Assembly (NCBI GenBank): GCA_013265495.1
Contig: MU058384.1
Location: forward strand, 4,894,792 to 4,958,791
DNA length: 64,000 nt
Reading direction: 5' to 3'
Origin: Vicugna vicugna
Taxonomy: Eukaryota
A program made the translations under genes and the position numbers. Positions 12,176-25,981 of this stretch are shown one piece after another (the first letter of the stretch is position 1; every line of letters begins with the position of its first letter). Under the pieces are notes generated by a model. That model saw only the letters and a list, made by a program, of their open reading frames with translations, was not told the DNA's origin and did not search any database.

Positions 12176-13084
12176 ATTATCCAGTGAAGACATGCAAATG
12201 GCCAATAGGTACATGAAATAATGCTCAGTATCACTAATGATCGGAGAAATGCAAATCAAAACTACAATAAGATATCAACTCACACCAGGCAGAATGGCCG
12301 TCATTCGAAAGTCCACAAATGATAAATGCTGGAGAGGGTGTGGAGAAAATGGAACCCTCCTACACTGCTGGTGGGAATGCAGTTTGGTGCAGCCATTATG
12401 GAAAACAGAATGAAGATTCCTTAAAAGATTAAAAATAGACTTACTATATGATCCAGCAATCCCACTCCTGGGCATATATCCAGAGGGAAACTTATTTCAA
12501 AAATGTACATGCACCCCAATGTTCATAACAGCAATATTTACAATAGCCAAGACAGGGAAACAACCTAAATGTTCATCTACAGATGACTAGATAAAGAGGT
12601 TGTAGTATAGTTATACAATGGAATACTACTCAGCCATAAAAAACATAGAATAATGTCATTTGCAGCAACATGGGTGGACCTGGAGATTGTCATTCTAAGT
12701 GAAGTAAGCCAGAAAGAGAAAAATATCATATGGTATCACTCATATGTGGAATCTGAAAAAGAATAGCCACAAATGAACTTATCTACAAAACAGAAATAGA
12801 TTCTCAGACACAGAAAATAAACTTATGGTTACTGGAGGGGGAAAAGGGGTGGGAAGGGATAAATGGGAGTTTGAGATTTGCAGATACTAACTACTATATA
12901 TAAAATAGATAACAAGTTCATACTGTATAGCACAGGGAACTGTATTCAATATCTGGTAGTAACTTATAGTAAAAAAGAATATGAGAACAAATATATGTAT
13001 GTTCATATATGACTGAAGCATTATGCTGTGCACCAGAAATTGACACAATGTTGTAAACTGACTATACTTCAATTAAAAAAAAAA
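12176..13084 (+). mobile_element. 5'-truncated L1 (ORF2 C-terminus, 3'UTR, poly-A)
   Basis: Canonical ORF2-end sequence (gaaatgcaaatcaaaactaca...tatgatccagcaatcccactcctgggcatatatcc...ggaatactactcagccataaaaa); poly-A 13075-13084; degenerate TSD aaaactatatcacag / aaaagtgaatcacag. Confidence 0.93.
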
Positions 13085-13699
13085 GTGAATCACAGTCCAC
13101 AGGGGACAGGAAGGGCTGAAATCAAGGAATCAAATTGCAGTCGTTTAGCCTGTTCCCCCTTCCTCCCAGGAGGCTCTGGGACTCATTTTATGGAGGGAGG
13201 AAAATGCTGTTCCCAAGTGTGAAGAAATCACAGAACATGCTAAGTCTCCCTGGTTCTGCTGTAGCCACTCCCTCCACATTCAGCCAAGGGATTATTTGAT
13301 TCCTCAACAAGTATTTATAGAGGACCCACCAGGTACCAAGCACTGTGCTAGGGCTGGGGTACAACCACCCCAGGAGGCACCCTTACCCCAGGGAGTCTCT
13401 GGTCTCGAGGGGGGATTCCCCTGCTGCTCTTCTTAGACTCAGCTCTGGGCCCAGGCCTTGCAGTCCAGCTTGCATCTCCATTATACAGGCTCATTCCTGT
13501 ACATTCTACACCACTTCAGAGTGGGGAAGCAAAGAGTGCATCATAGATGCTCGTACTGTGCTCGAGTTCCCTGTGAGAAATCACATGGGCCTGGAGCTCT
13601 TTACCTTCATTCCAGCTCGGTTACACTCAGTGCAGCTCAGCTGTCCCCTCACGCTAAGGCCATTCGATCCCTACATTCTGTTGGGTTCCAGATGTGTTT

Positions 13700-13980
13700 G
13701 AGCTGAAATAAGCACGACCGGAGTAACCCCCACTCCTTGTCACTCTCCATCACTGCACTGTTTTCATAGTCCTCACCGCACATATCGCTATCTGGAATTG
13801 TTTCCTTTATGTGTTTACCACCTCTTCCTAAATTAGGATGGAAACATTGTGAAAGAAGCAAACTCATCTCTGGTTCACCATTGTGCCTTCAAAGCTTAGA
13901 GTAGTACCCGACACTGGTAGACTTAATAGACTTAAATATCTATTTAAGGGATGAGAAACTGAATGAATAAGCGAGTGACT
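13700..13980 (+). mobile_element. L2 3' end remnant
   Basis: cactctccatcactgcactgttttc...tctggttcaccattgtg...tgaatgaataa terminus. Confidence 0.6.
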
Positions 13981-14312
13981 AAATTACCTCTCTTAGGCAA
14001 CCTGTGACATGCAGGGGGTAGATCTCATGTGCTGGAGCATGGCTGCATTTGGATGTTAACTGTGTCTTCTAAGGATGATGAGCACATACTCTGTTTTCTC
14101 ATAGTGTTATCTGGTGCCATATCTGTCTTCCTTAGGGGCAGGGGGCAGGGCATCAGCTGGTTACCCACACTGGGAACTTGGAATCAGCTTAGTCTCTTCC
14201 TCTCTTCCTCTCTTGCTACATTGAAACTGTAACCAAGTATTATTTCTTCTATTTCAACAGTGGTAGATCTAGTGATACTGCCCTCTACACTCCGCGCCCC
14301 CCCCCCCACAAC

Positions 14313-14384
14313 TGTATTAGCTAAGATTCTCCAGAGAAACAGAACACAGATAGGATCAATAGGTTTGTGTGTGTGTGTGTGTGT
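14313..14384 (-). mobile_element. MLT2 (ERVL) LTR end fragment with (TG)n
   Basis: tgtattagctaagattctccagagaaacagaac...atagg followed by a (tg)9 run. Confidence 0.6.
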
Positions 14385-15469
14385 AAGAGTTTCGTTCTCT
14401 TGCCATTTCAGAAACGTTTGAAAGAACCCAGTTCCTTCTATTATGTCCCTATCTGGTTGAAATATCTAGAGAGGTCACTATTTCCTGCACCTAATACCCG
14501 AACAGCACCATCAACTCTCTCATATTCATCCCATCCCTTCCAGCCCCACCATCCTGCCCTTATGCAGGCCCTCTTTTTAATCTCTCCCGTATCCTCTCTA
14601 AGATGGTTTTCAGATCACTGTCAACTCACCCTCTTCATGCATTTATTTTGCTACATTCTTTACTCCCTACCCAGAGAGAACTGTCCTTTTCCCTGTAGGC
14701 TCACTCTTAACCATATAGATTCACCCTGTTTCCAAAGACTTAAATAACATTAGCACTTTCTGTGGGAAGTCTGATGTCTAAATCCAATATGAAAAGTATA
14801 TAGAATTTCCCTAAGTTCTCAAGAAGCCTACATTCATGTCCTATCTTCTGTTTCCTTTGAATTCTTCACTTCTTGACTTCATACATTCTGCATATTCTCT
14901 CACAAGGCCTTTTGATGCATAGAAGACCTTACTGAACAGTTGCATGCAAAGCAAATTCTTAAAAAAAAAAAAAACCTGTATCTTCTCTCTACATTGCTCA
15001 GGAATCCTTGATTTCATCCTTCCTTATCTCTTCACCTCCCCCCCGCCCCAGAAAGAAGAGACAAGAAAAGAAAACTTTCTGATTTTCTAATGTACTTCAT
15101 TTCATCCGCCCTGTCATTACAGACGACGACTGATCATTCTACATGCAGTTGACCAAAGTTTTCTTCCCATGAAATGACATTACTTCCCAAAGAAGACTTC
15201 TACAGCTCAGTTTGGGAATATGAGGCTGGCAAAGCTAAATTAGTCTAAATAATTGCATCAAAGTACTGGGAGTTTATGGGAGCACTCTATGAGAAGCAGT
15301 GAGAAAGACCCAGGTGAGGAGAGGGACCAAGACAATGGCTGGAAGCCAGGACACTCCATGAGGAGCTCTGGCCAGTGGGAATCCCCAGGGAAGTGGGAGA
15401 AGAACTTTCAAGAGTAAAAGTGTCTGATGGTCCGTTACAGCACGGGTGAAGGGGAGCACGTAGCGTGCC

Positions 15470-15690
15470 AGAGCTCTGGCTCGGGGTGATGACTGTGTTC
15501 AAAATGCAGCCGTACCGCTCACTACCTCTGCAACTGGCAGGTTCCTTAGCTTCAGGTTATTTCTGTAAAGTAGGGTAGTAATTGTTTTTTAAAAGCCTAC
15601 TTCCAATGACTACTGAAGGATTAAGTAAGATACTATGTGAAAAGTGTCTCACGAAACAAGTCAGTTGTCTGAAAAGTGTTTCTATGATGG
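15470..15690 (+). mobile_element. MIR remnant
   Basis: ttctgtaaagtagggtagtaatt...gaaggattaagtaagatactatgtgaaaagtg. Confidence 0.5.
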
Positions 15691-16244
15691 TAACATAAAC
15701 AACAATGCTGAACAGACGCTGTTACTGCAGCCACGTGGTCCTTGTGCACCCAGATCGTCCATTAAATGTCTGTGGGTTGGATTTTAAAAAATATTTAAAA
15801 TATGAATGCCTGAATTTTACAGTCTGGTTAAAGTGGTAATAAGACAAGAGCAAGCAAATGTATTAACTGACCCAATGCAGCAGAAGCAATTGCTCTCAGA
15901 CACAAGCAAGCGAGCTCTTTGGGAAATAACTGAAATCTTGGAGATCGACTTTCCTGAGGCTGGGGATGGAGGACTGAGTCAACTGCACCCAGATGTGAAA
16001 AGGCTGGAGGAACCCAGCTGCTGTCTGAGTAACAGTTCTTCGAGCATTCACTATGGAGATGGTCACTGCATGGCAGACAGGCCGCCCTTCCCCACTTCTT
16101 GAGGTTGTCGCAGGCAGCACTGCTGTGTTGAGAAGGATTCTGAAATGATGCCCAAGCTTAGCTTGAGCTGGTAGGGCCTTGACTGATGAAGGACCCCCTG
16201 TCATGAGCCAGAAATGTTCTTTGTCTGGGGTCAGGAAATTATAG

Positions 16245-16535
16245 TCTACCACTGGTTTTTGTGTGTCCCAGGACCTAAGAATGCTTTCTACATGTTCAAA
16301 TGGTTGGAAAAAATGTTTAAAAACAATACTATTTTGTATTGGAAACAACCAAATTTCATTGGAAACTCAAATTTCACTGTCCAACAATGGTTCTGAATTT
16401 GGTCAATTTAAAAAAATTGTGGAAAAATTATTTCTTACTCTTGTCATAAAAGTTCTGGATTTTATCTTTTGGCCCCCAAAGCCTGAAATATTCACTATCA
16501 GGCCCTTTACTTAGAAAGAGCCTGCCATTCCTATT
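16245..16535. mobile_element. MER58B-like hAT-Charlie remnant
   Basis: acctaagaatgctttctacatgttcaaatggttggaaaaaa...ggcccccaaagcctgaaatattcactatcaggccctttac. Confidence 0.6.
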
Positions 16536-16603
16536 TGACCTGATCCTGAGATGTCCCGTGTATTCCCATGATGGGACTTCTTCCTTCCATGGTCAAGCCT
16601 GGG

Positions 16604-16915
16604 CTTTTTTTTTCCTTACTGAAGTATGGTTGATTTACAACAGTGTGTCAGTTTCAGGTGTACAGAAAAGTGATTCAGTTATATACATTTTTTTCGATTA
16701 TTTTCCATTATAGCTTATTACATGACATTGAATATAGTTCCCTGTGCTATGCAGTAAATCCTTGTTGCTTATCTACTTTATGTATAGCTGTTAGTATCTG
16801 TTAATCCCATCCTCTTAGTTTATCCCTCCCCCTCCTCCTTCTCCCCTGTGGTAACCCTAAGTTTGCTTTCTATGTCTGCGAGTCTGTTTCTGTTCTGCAT
16901 ATAGATTCATTGCTA
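16604..16915 (-). mobile_element. L1 3' end fragment
   Basis: tgaagtatggttgatttacaac...tttcaggtgtacagaaaagtgattcagtt...aatatagttccctgtgctat...ggtaaccctaagtttg. Confidence 0.85.
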
Positions 16916-18549
16916 TGTACTTATTATTTTTAAATTGATTTTATCATATAGCTATTGTCAGTGGAAGCTCAAGAGCCCTATGAATTTTCTTTCTTTGGGG
17001 AGGACTTTCTTTTTAAAATTATTCCGTAGTGACAAGGATGTGGTAAGTCAATAATGCAAGCCTGATCGACTTTTTTCTTTTATCAAACACTAAAAATAAA
17101 GTCGGTAGCTCTCACCAGCCTCTGCATTAATGCTGAAGTGTAAGGCAGTCCTCATCAGTCTCATGGTGAGCACCTTAGTGTTCTTAATGTTTCTTCTGTT
17201 CTCCTGGAGACTGCCAGGTCTACTTTACCTAATTTTTATTCTTTATTAAAAAAAAATTCTTAGACTCTGCCCACTACTACCCACAGCTCCTCTCTGACTA
17301 ACTGCAGACACCTGGGAAGGGTTTGCTTTCTTAGGGAGAAGTGGGATGTGGATACAGTACCTGCCAGTTGGGTACCGTGCTTTCACAATGGCCCTGACCT
17401 TGCACTTTCCCCACACCCGGAAGCTAGGCATCTTTCCTGAAACCTGAGCTGGGGGGGTGCCCTTTCTCCAGAAAAACTGTGTGAACTTTGAATTTTTTCA
17501 ATGTAATAATTTCCCCGATAATTCCATCATAATATCACTGGAGCTTATCTTTATTTCTGATAGATCTTCAATTGGCACCGACTCCTAAAACTTTCTCTCT
17601 CTAGGCCTCACCCCTCTGGCCAGCCCTGCAGTTAATGATCTGTAAGAGTTTTCATGAAGTTGCCTTTTAAAAAAGAAGCCTGTGAAGATTGTTTAAGAGA
17701 AGAGGCAAATCCTTTAGAGAATGAATAACAACGCCCTAATTGTACATTCTGGAGATTTTTATTTTCTTATTCAGATTTTCTTCGAGTTTGCACAACAGTA
17801 ACGATAGTCTTTCTTTTCTGAAAATGTCTTTCCTAAAGCCTATTTATTCATTCATCAACCATTTGCCCTATTTTTCTTCACTGATTTTACAAAAGCAACA
17901 TGCACTCTTTATGACAAGTTAAACAACAGAGTTATAAAGAAAATCACTCTTCCCCTCCTTCCTCCAGCCTCACTTGCTGGGTTACAACCAAGGACTGTAC
18001 CTAGGATTTCTTTCATCCACGTCGCCATGTTCAGATGGGCAAAAATAAATGTAAAGAGTTATTTTTTTCTACCTTTTACAAAGAATTAAGTGTACCATAC
18101 ATATCACTCTGAAACTATAATCGATACACGTGGGTCTAACTCATTCTTCTTGGTAGTTACATGTTACTTCATGGGAGAGCTCTTGGTGCTTCTGTTGATG
18201 ACTGTCAGTTCGACAAGCATTTACTTTGCACAAGATAAAGGTTAGACACGTGGATGAATGCTGGGGAGAGAAAAATGAATCACATATCACCTTTGATGAA
18301 GTCAGAGTGCCGTGGAAGAGATTAAACAAATGATTTCATGTGAACACCATGAGGAGTGTACAGTTATATGGAGAAGGGACAGAGAACTTGGAGGGGGTGC
18401 AGATTTATCAAGAGACGAACCCAACAGACAGGGGAACGAGGCACAGGCTTAGGGAACAGCAAGTGAAAAGTCAAAGAAGTTTGATGGACCTCTCAGGAAA
18501 CTGGCTAATCAATGGATGGCATGGAGCTACTGGAAAAGGGCAGAATGGT

Positions 18550-19000
18550 GGGTTGGCATAGAAGTGAATGGACTTGTGTACCAAGCTAGAGGGTCTAGAC
18601 TTATCCAGTGGGCTGGGACTAAAAGAAAAACATTGCAAGGATTTTAAGCAGGAGAGTAAGATCCTGGTTTTAGAAAGATATCTGGCAGATGAACTTGGGA
18701 GGAAAGACCAGATGTAACAGATGATGGCAAGAAGCCATTGACCTAATCTAGTCAAGAGAAGATGGTGGACAAAGAGCAGGGCCAAAGAATGGAGGGGAGA
18801 AGATCAGATTTGTTTTTGTGGTGAACCCATTAGGTCCCGTGGGTAGACTGGAGACTGACAGTGTAGGAGGGTTTTTAGCCTGGGCAATCAGATGTACCCA
18901 CTGAAGGAAATGCAGGGGAGGGCAGGTCTGCCCAGCAGAGGTGATAACTTCTGTTTTATATATACGTGGTGTTTGAGGTGCCTGTGGAACTATCTTGGGC
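18550..19000 (-). mobile_element. L2 remnant
   Basis: cattgcaaggattttaagcaggagagt...ggttttagaaagat; degenerate, boundaries approximate. Confidence 0.5.
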
Positions 19001-22000
19001 TTTTTGAACATTTTCCAAATACATGGCAGTGATGGCCCTTCTAAAGTACTTTGTTTAACTCTGTAATAGGTTTCCGCCTTCACAGAGAAAAAGGAATGAA
19101 ATGACTCAGCAGGGTTTCAACCACGGACTCCAGTCTCAAGGGGTGGGAGCCACACAGCCCCAGGGACCCTTCTGCACTCAGTGCCCCGAGTAAGTTCACA
19201 AAGCACCTCCTCTAGCTGACACTCTGCCAAAACGTGACCTCTGAGGAGACCAGTGAGTGAACGGCATCCTTCCACTGGGCTGCGGCACACATGTCAGAGG
19301 CGTGGCCAGGACAGTGGACTGTGGGGGAAATTGCATCGAGTCACCCCCACCCAGAAGCACTGTGTGTAGGTTCCAGTCTGCACAGCCATAGGCAGAAGAT
19401 CCCAAACAGCCTGTCCCCAGTGAGTATTTCTTCTGGAATGACCACAATCATCCATGACCTAATTCCTTAACCCAACTGTTATTTATCAACCCACCTGGTA
19501 CTTTATTTAGTAAACACAATACTCCACTCTGCCACGCACATTGGATGCCAAGGACACTGTCATGAGCCAGACTTGCCCTTGAGGTGCTCTCAGACCAGGA
19601 GGAGAGTCTGAAGTGACATTCCTCAAAACCCATTACCACATGATGAATAATTTCAAACTGATAGGTGCAAAGTATAGCCTTTGACAAAAGGAGAAGCTGT
19701 TTTGGGTGGAGTTACAGAAAGATTCAGGGAGCAAAAGGCAGACAGAGTCTTCTGGGCTTAGCAGGAATCCTCGAGATGGACAGGCTTTCATAGAAGGGAA
19801 GATTGTGGTTGCCAGACATGGTCAGAAGCCTCATCTGGAGGGCTTTGTTGGGTACCAGCAAGGGAGATATTTGCAGTTTCAAGGAATTGTGTTTTCTGTT
19901 TTAGAGAGCTCAGCTTGGCACTGGGGTGGTGGTGGTTGATGGGGCAGAGACTGGGGTGGGGGGCCTGGTCATGAGAACTGGTGGTGACCTGAGCTATGGG
20001 CCCTCCTGGGGCTTCCTGTGTGTGCACCCACCACCCACCCTGCCAGTCCTGCATTCCCGTTGTCTCCCTGGGAGTGAGCGTTCTCCCTGCCAGCAAGGTG
20101 TCTTCACTTGAATTCCCATGGCCTGTTGTTGAAAAAAAGATAAAACCCAACATGTTTGTCTTTCATCAAGACTCCATCTCTGGAAGACAGGGACAGAGCC
20201 AAGGCCAAGAGGACCTTTTCCTGTTCCTATTTTGGAATCCTGCTAGAATCTAGCTTCTGTATCTTATCAGAAAGTCAGGAAATTGCTAAAGCAAATACCT
20301 GCTTTTTGTATTAGGCTGGGTGCAGCTTGAGTTTCAAAAGAGGATCCTGGCTCCTTCCTTAGTCCAAGGGCTCCTCTAGCGCCCGACTTTCTGGTAAAAT
20401 GCCAAAAAAGAAATTCGGATGCTGCTATGTTTACAAGATGATATTTCAAAGGTGTCCCCAATTAAAGTTGAGAAGAGGCAAAACCCCTGTAGGGAACTTC
20501 TTCCCTTAGAAACGTGCCCTGTGCTCTCAGCGTGAGGGACAACATATAACAATCACTGGGCATAATAAAAGGAATTACCTCTAAACTGACCCAGCCTCCA
20601 CCCCCTGCACCTCCCTTTTTAATGTAAATGTGGGCAATACCAGGAAATGAGCCGGGCACAGTATTTGCTGTCTCCATATCTCCACTCTGTCTGTTTGGAG
20701 TCTTGGGTAAACATGCCCCCAGCCATGGAGCTCGGCTGAGTGTGAGGGCTGCGGCCTCTGCCATTGGGCCACTGGGCACCTCCCTGGTAAGCTCTGATTA
20801 ACATCTCTCAAATCCACTGCAATCTTTTGGAGTCAAAGAACAAAAGACACTGTACCGGAACTTGAAACAGGATGTGCCTGACACAGGAAAAGCCTTCCAC
20901 ATATCATTTTTTTCCCCGAACATCAGGAGAAAAGTTCTACTTCAAGGGCCCTCTGAGTCTTCATGGACACTTTAGCAAATAAGTCTCAAACATATATACC
21001 AGGAAGCTGTGTACAGTGTAGGTATAAATGTGGTATTCATGGTACAGCCTCCTTCTGCTATAGCATGAAGTAATAGTGTATCACATCTAAGTGCATGCCC
21101 CACAATGTGGCGTGCTTCACATCATGCTCATATTTGTACTATTAATAACTATTTACCATTCAAAATGTGAATTGTCATTTCACAGAGTCCAGGCATTTGT
21201 TTTGGAAGAACAAGGCCACCGCTCACATTGTTCGAACAGTATGGCCAGCTGCTGGCTTTACCACAATGAGACCCATTGTTGGGTAGATGGAGTCCCTCAG
21301 GTGAATGTAATTATGCAAATCCTTTCCTAACTACCAGCACTCTCTTGGCCCTCTCCCCCGGGGCCTCCCACCAGTGGGAACACTGTCACTTTTCATTATG
21401 GGAGGCCTCGCTTGTTTGCCCAGAGTGTCCCCTGCCACGTTCTCAGGCCTGATGGCCTGAGCCTGACGCTGGCCCTGCCCCCGTAGGCCTGCCAGACTCA
21501 TGAAGGAGCGCCTGGAAGACCAAACCCTTTTCACCAGCAGACACATTTCTTCACAATATGTCAAACATTGGCAAACAGACCCATTAATTCCCTAAGGTGG
21601 TGTGTGTCTACCCCTGATTCAAGGTAGACCTGCACACAGGTAATTCTAAGGCCAGAGGCCCAAGAGGTGGAATGAGGCTCCTTTGTGAAAGATGCTGGAA
21701 GTTATGTAGACCCATGGTGAAATTGAAAACACACACGCGCGCGTGCGCGCAGGATTACTCATCTTCACTCCAGAACAGTCCTCTGTGATGGCTGAGCGTT
21801 GGCTTCCCCCAGTCCACAGACAGGAGAAAACTGAGCTGCTTTTGCTTATTTGTTGACACAACCATAGACATACCTAGAAATAGGGAAACTGGACAAATAG
21901 ATCTCTTGAAAATCCCCACCTTTTAAAATTGACATGAGTCACTCAGTGAGCAGGGGTCATTTTTCCCACATTTTTGGTGATTTCCCACAGTCACCAAAAT

Positions 22001-25000
22001 AGAACTCTGCCTACAGTGGGTCCTGCATACGTGTTGAGGGAACACAAACCAACTTCTTCATACTTTCTAGAACCAACTCAATGAAATAAGAATATTTGTT
22101 AAATCATCGTATATACTATTCATGAATAACCATTCACCTCGCAACATTCTGTATGTTGTCCTCGCTGCTAAGTATTACGATGAGAGAATTTGAATGTAAA
22201 GTGAAATGTAATGGCAGTGAACCAAAGAATACTTTTCTGGAGAAAGTAAAATAGCCAAAGGAGTTTAGAAACACAGAACTACTAATTACATAATTCATTT
22301 AATCTAAATCTGACTTAGCCTTGTTATCCAGATGATCATCAAAGAATGAAATCTTCTAAACGCCAGAGGCTCTGTGAAATCTGTCAATTGTCAGTGAGGA
22401 TACAACATTAAGCTTTGGTTAGTAGAATGAGAGGGGACAAAGGGGTCAAACTTACTGGAAAAGAACTCTCATAATTCAGAGCTGAGGCCAGGCACGAGGG
22501 AGGTTATCAGAGAGGATGTTCGCTTATTACTTTATTCACACAAAAGCTATCTGACTATTGTGGGATGGACCTAGAAAAAACAGAATGTATGTGGGAGTAA
22601 ATGAATAGGGTTCTGTGTATTTTTAAGCTTTTCCTGGATCCTGCAGTTCCAGTTTGAAAAAAGAAAAGGCGATCTGGGCTCTGTAATAAAATATAGCTTT
22701 GCATAATCTTTCATATTAATTCAAGAGAGCTTAGGTTTAGGTAGATGAAATAAAAATAAATTCATGTATCAGAGCCTACTGCAATATATTCAAGATTTCT
22801 AAAAGGGTATCTATCACGCGAGGAAATAAGAAACAGATTTTCTAACTGAATTGTTTAATCACAACCAGATTATGATATTTTAAACTTTTCATTGTTTTTA
22901 TCTGTCATTTGTTCCATCCTTTGCAATGGCCATCAGCTGAGCCAGGTACTTACTCATTGGAACAGATTTATTCCACAAAGCAGTCTCATGAAGAGTTATG
23001 ATCTCTGTTTTGCAGAAGAGGAAACTGAGACCTGGTTACATCAAGAAAGAAACATAAACAAGAAACGAAATAAATCCACCATGAAACAGGCCCTAACACT
23101 GAACGGATCCTGGGGACTCCTGCCCTTTGTGGCCTCTTCTCTGATGTTCCCTCTTAGAGATATGGCCAGAGTGGCTCCAGGCACAGAAGTTTGGAGCCTG
23201 GAAAGGCAGAGTATCAACTGTCAGGGTCCCAAGTAAAGATGACACTCAGCCCTTGCAGAAGAAGCCACCAGTAAAAACAGCCAAGATACCGCGGGCACAT
23301 CCTGCCCTCACTCTTTGGAAACTGAATTATTTTGTCTAAAACTGAAACCATATTTATGTGGACCTAAAGATTTCTTAAAATTACTTTGAACTCTTTACAG
23401 TGTCATGATTCCATTTGGAAATTTTTCTTGTTTCCTAGAAGTACCTGGTACATTGCAATATGTTTACAAATGGGAGAAGGTAAAAACTAAAATTAAAAAA
23501 AGAGCACTTTCGTAAAAAAAAGATTTCTTGGTGAGGCAGGTAACAAATTGCCTTCAATATTCCATAGGTGAAACACAATTTTGCGTCTTTTTGACTAATT
23601 GTGTATATGGATTTTAAACAATCCTGGCAGCAGCACTAAATTTACAATCAGGATCCTTGTCCTGTGTAAGTTTACTGTCCATATCAGTTTCTAAAAGGGA
23701 GTGAATTCTTTATCCAGACCCAAATCATATCAACTCTACAATACAGAACAGCAAATGATGTGTCAGTCTTGAGGCAGAACTGCACTGAAAGGTCCATTTT
23801 TTATTGGACCTTTTATTTTTAAGGTCCACAGATAGTTATTTACATACAGTTCTTATTGCAAGAACATCGTGCTAGCTGACAGTCACTGCTTTCTCCTGGA
23901 TTTTTTCCCAGGGCCATTCAGGGAAACCAGGGCCAAAGCTCTGCTGTCCTCAGAAAGCTAAATTTTACCTAGCCTTTCAGGATGTTCTAAATCCACCAAT
24001 GTGAATGCGAGCACTTAAAACAAAACAAAACACAACAAAAACAACCACATCTCAACTTTAAAGATTTTAATAACCTGTCAAAAAGACAGTTGGGCAACCA
24101 TAGGAGTAGGAGGCAGGAATTAGAAATCTTTTTTCTTGTGTTCTAGTTTTGGACCTAGGTATTAAAAGGAAACAGGCACTTGTAGATTTCCACAGTGAAG
24201 GAGGCAAAAGCAGGTATGGTTGCAAACCTGACATCTCTTCCATCCAAAGTTGTCAGCTCCAAAAGCTGCCGCTCGTTGATCCCAAGCCAGAGCAGTGGTT
24301 TCTGGGGTTGTTCGAGGGTTTTTTTGGCTGTCAGGCTGACAGCAATAGAAAGCTTAGAAATGACAACCAAACAATAGAAAAATTCCACTATGTTATTATT
24401 AATCATTAAAAAGGAAAGCTGGTTCTCTGATACCAGTTGAAAAAACCTACAGCAGGGCAGTCAATTCTTTTGCTCCCTCCCCACGACCAAACTGGGGAAC
24501 CAAAGAAATCAAAGTGTAAGATGGAGGAGAGATAGGACAAAGCCTGCCTCAAAGGTCAGATTTTCCTATTTTATTAAAAAAAGTATCTTTGTAACTAGGG
24601 TGGAGTGCATTGTTATCAGATAAAGGCCAGTGAAACAGCATGTACAATGGAATGACTAATAAATCGTTTATTATTCAACAGTGATGATTAACACAACAAA
24701 ATGCCAATAAGTGACTCAATACTCAGTTTCTATTTGGGAGTTTTTATCAAGTGCTTTTGTGAAGCTTGCATGGAAATGTAAACAACCATTTACCTGAATA
24801 ATTTCCTCTCGTGTGTGTATATAGAAAGTCAATGCTATTAGATATCTCTTGGCTTAAAAAAATGAGTAAATAAAATGATCTTTTTTTTTTCTGTTTTTTC
24901 TTTGTTATCCCTATTTCAGAAACTTTCAAGGTCAATTAAAAGCTATTCTATGAACAATGAAGAACTCTTCCCAGCTGCCAGGCTACCTGCCAGCTGGGAA

Positions 25001-25094
25001 GAGTTGGTGGCTGCATCAGCTACACTTTATTGTCTAGGAAACATAAAGTAACAGTAAAGACAATTTGGAAGAGAGAGTAAATCCCAACTATTTT

Positions 25095-25981
25095 TACTTT
25101 TTTTTAATAAACATTTTTTTTATTGAGTTATAGTCATTTTACAATGTTGTGCCAAATTCCAGTGTAGAGCACAATTTTTCAGTTATACATGAACATACAT
25201 ACATTCATTGTCACATTCTCTTTTGCTGTGAGCCACCACAAGATCCTGTATATATTTCACTATGCTACACAGTACAATCTTGTTTATCTAGTCTACATTT
25301 TGAAATCCCAGTCCCTTCCTACCCCTCATCCCCCTGGCAACCACAAGTTTGTATTCTATGTCTATGAGTCTGTTTCTGTTTTGTATTTTTTTTTTAAATT
25401 CCACATGTGAGTGATCTCATATGGTATTTTTCTTTCTCTTTCTGGCTTACTTCACTTAGAATGACATTCTCCAGGAGCAACCATGTTGCTGCAAATGGTG
25501 TTATGTTGTCAGTTTTTATGGCTGAATAGTATTCCATTGTATAAATATACCACATCTTCTTTATCCAGTCATCTGTTGATGGACATTTAGGCTGTTTCTA
25601 TGTCTTGGCTATTGTAAATACTGCTGCTATGAACATTGGAGTGCAGGTGTCATTAAGACCTAAACAAGCAATTCTCCAAGGAAGAAATACAAATGATCAA
25701 TAGGCACATGAAAAAATGCTCAGCATCACTAATGATCAGAGAAATGCAAATCAAAACTACGATGAGGCATCACCTCACACCAGCCAAAATGGCCATTGAA
25801 AAGTCCACAAATGACAAATGCTGGAGAGGCTGTGGAGAACAGGGAACCCTCCTACACTGCTGGTGGGAATGCAGTTTGGTGCAGCCACTGTGGAAAACAG
25901 TATGGAGATTTCTCAAAAGACTAGGAATAGACTTACCATATGACCCAGGAATCCCGCTCCTGGACATATATCCAGAAGGAA
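25095..25981 (-). mobile_element. Young L1 insertion with 5' inversion (twin priming)
   Basis: About 25095-25652 is an antisense L1 3' end; about 25653-25981 is the adjacent upstream ORF2 segment in + orientation; TSD ccaact(a/c)tttttactttt at 25084-25101 and 25982-25999. Confidence 0.92.

Noticed and set aside
15806..16102. 98-aa ATG-initiated ORF with protein-like composition
   Set aside because: No family I recognise and no poly(A)/TSD or splice support; a tblastn/BLASTp search would settle it.
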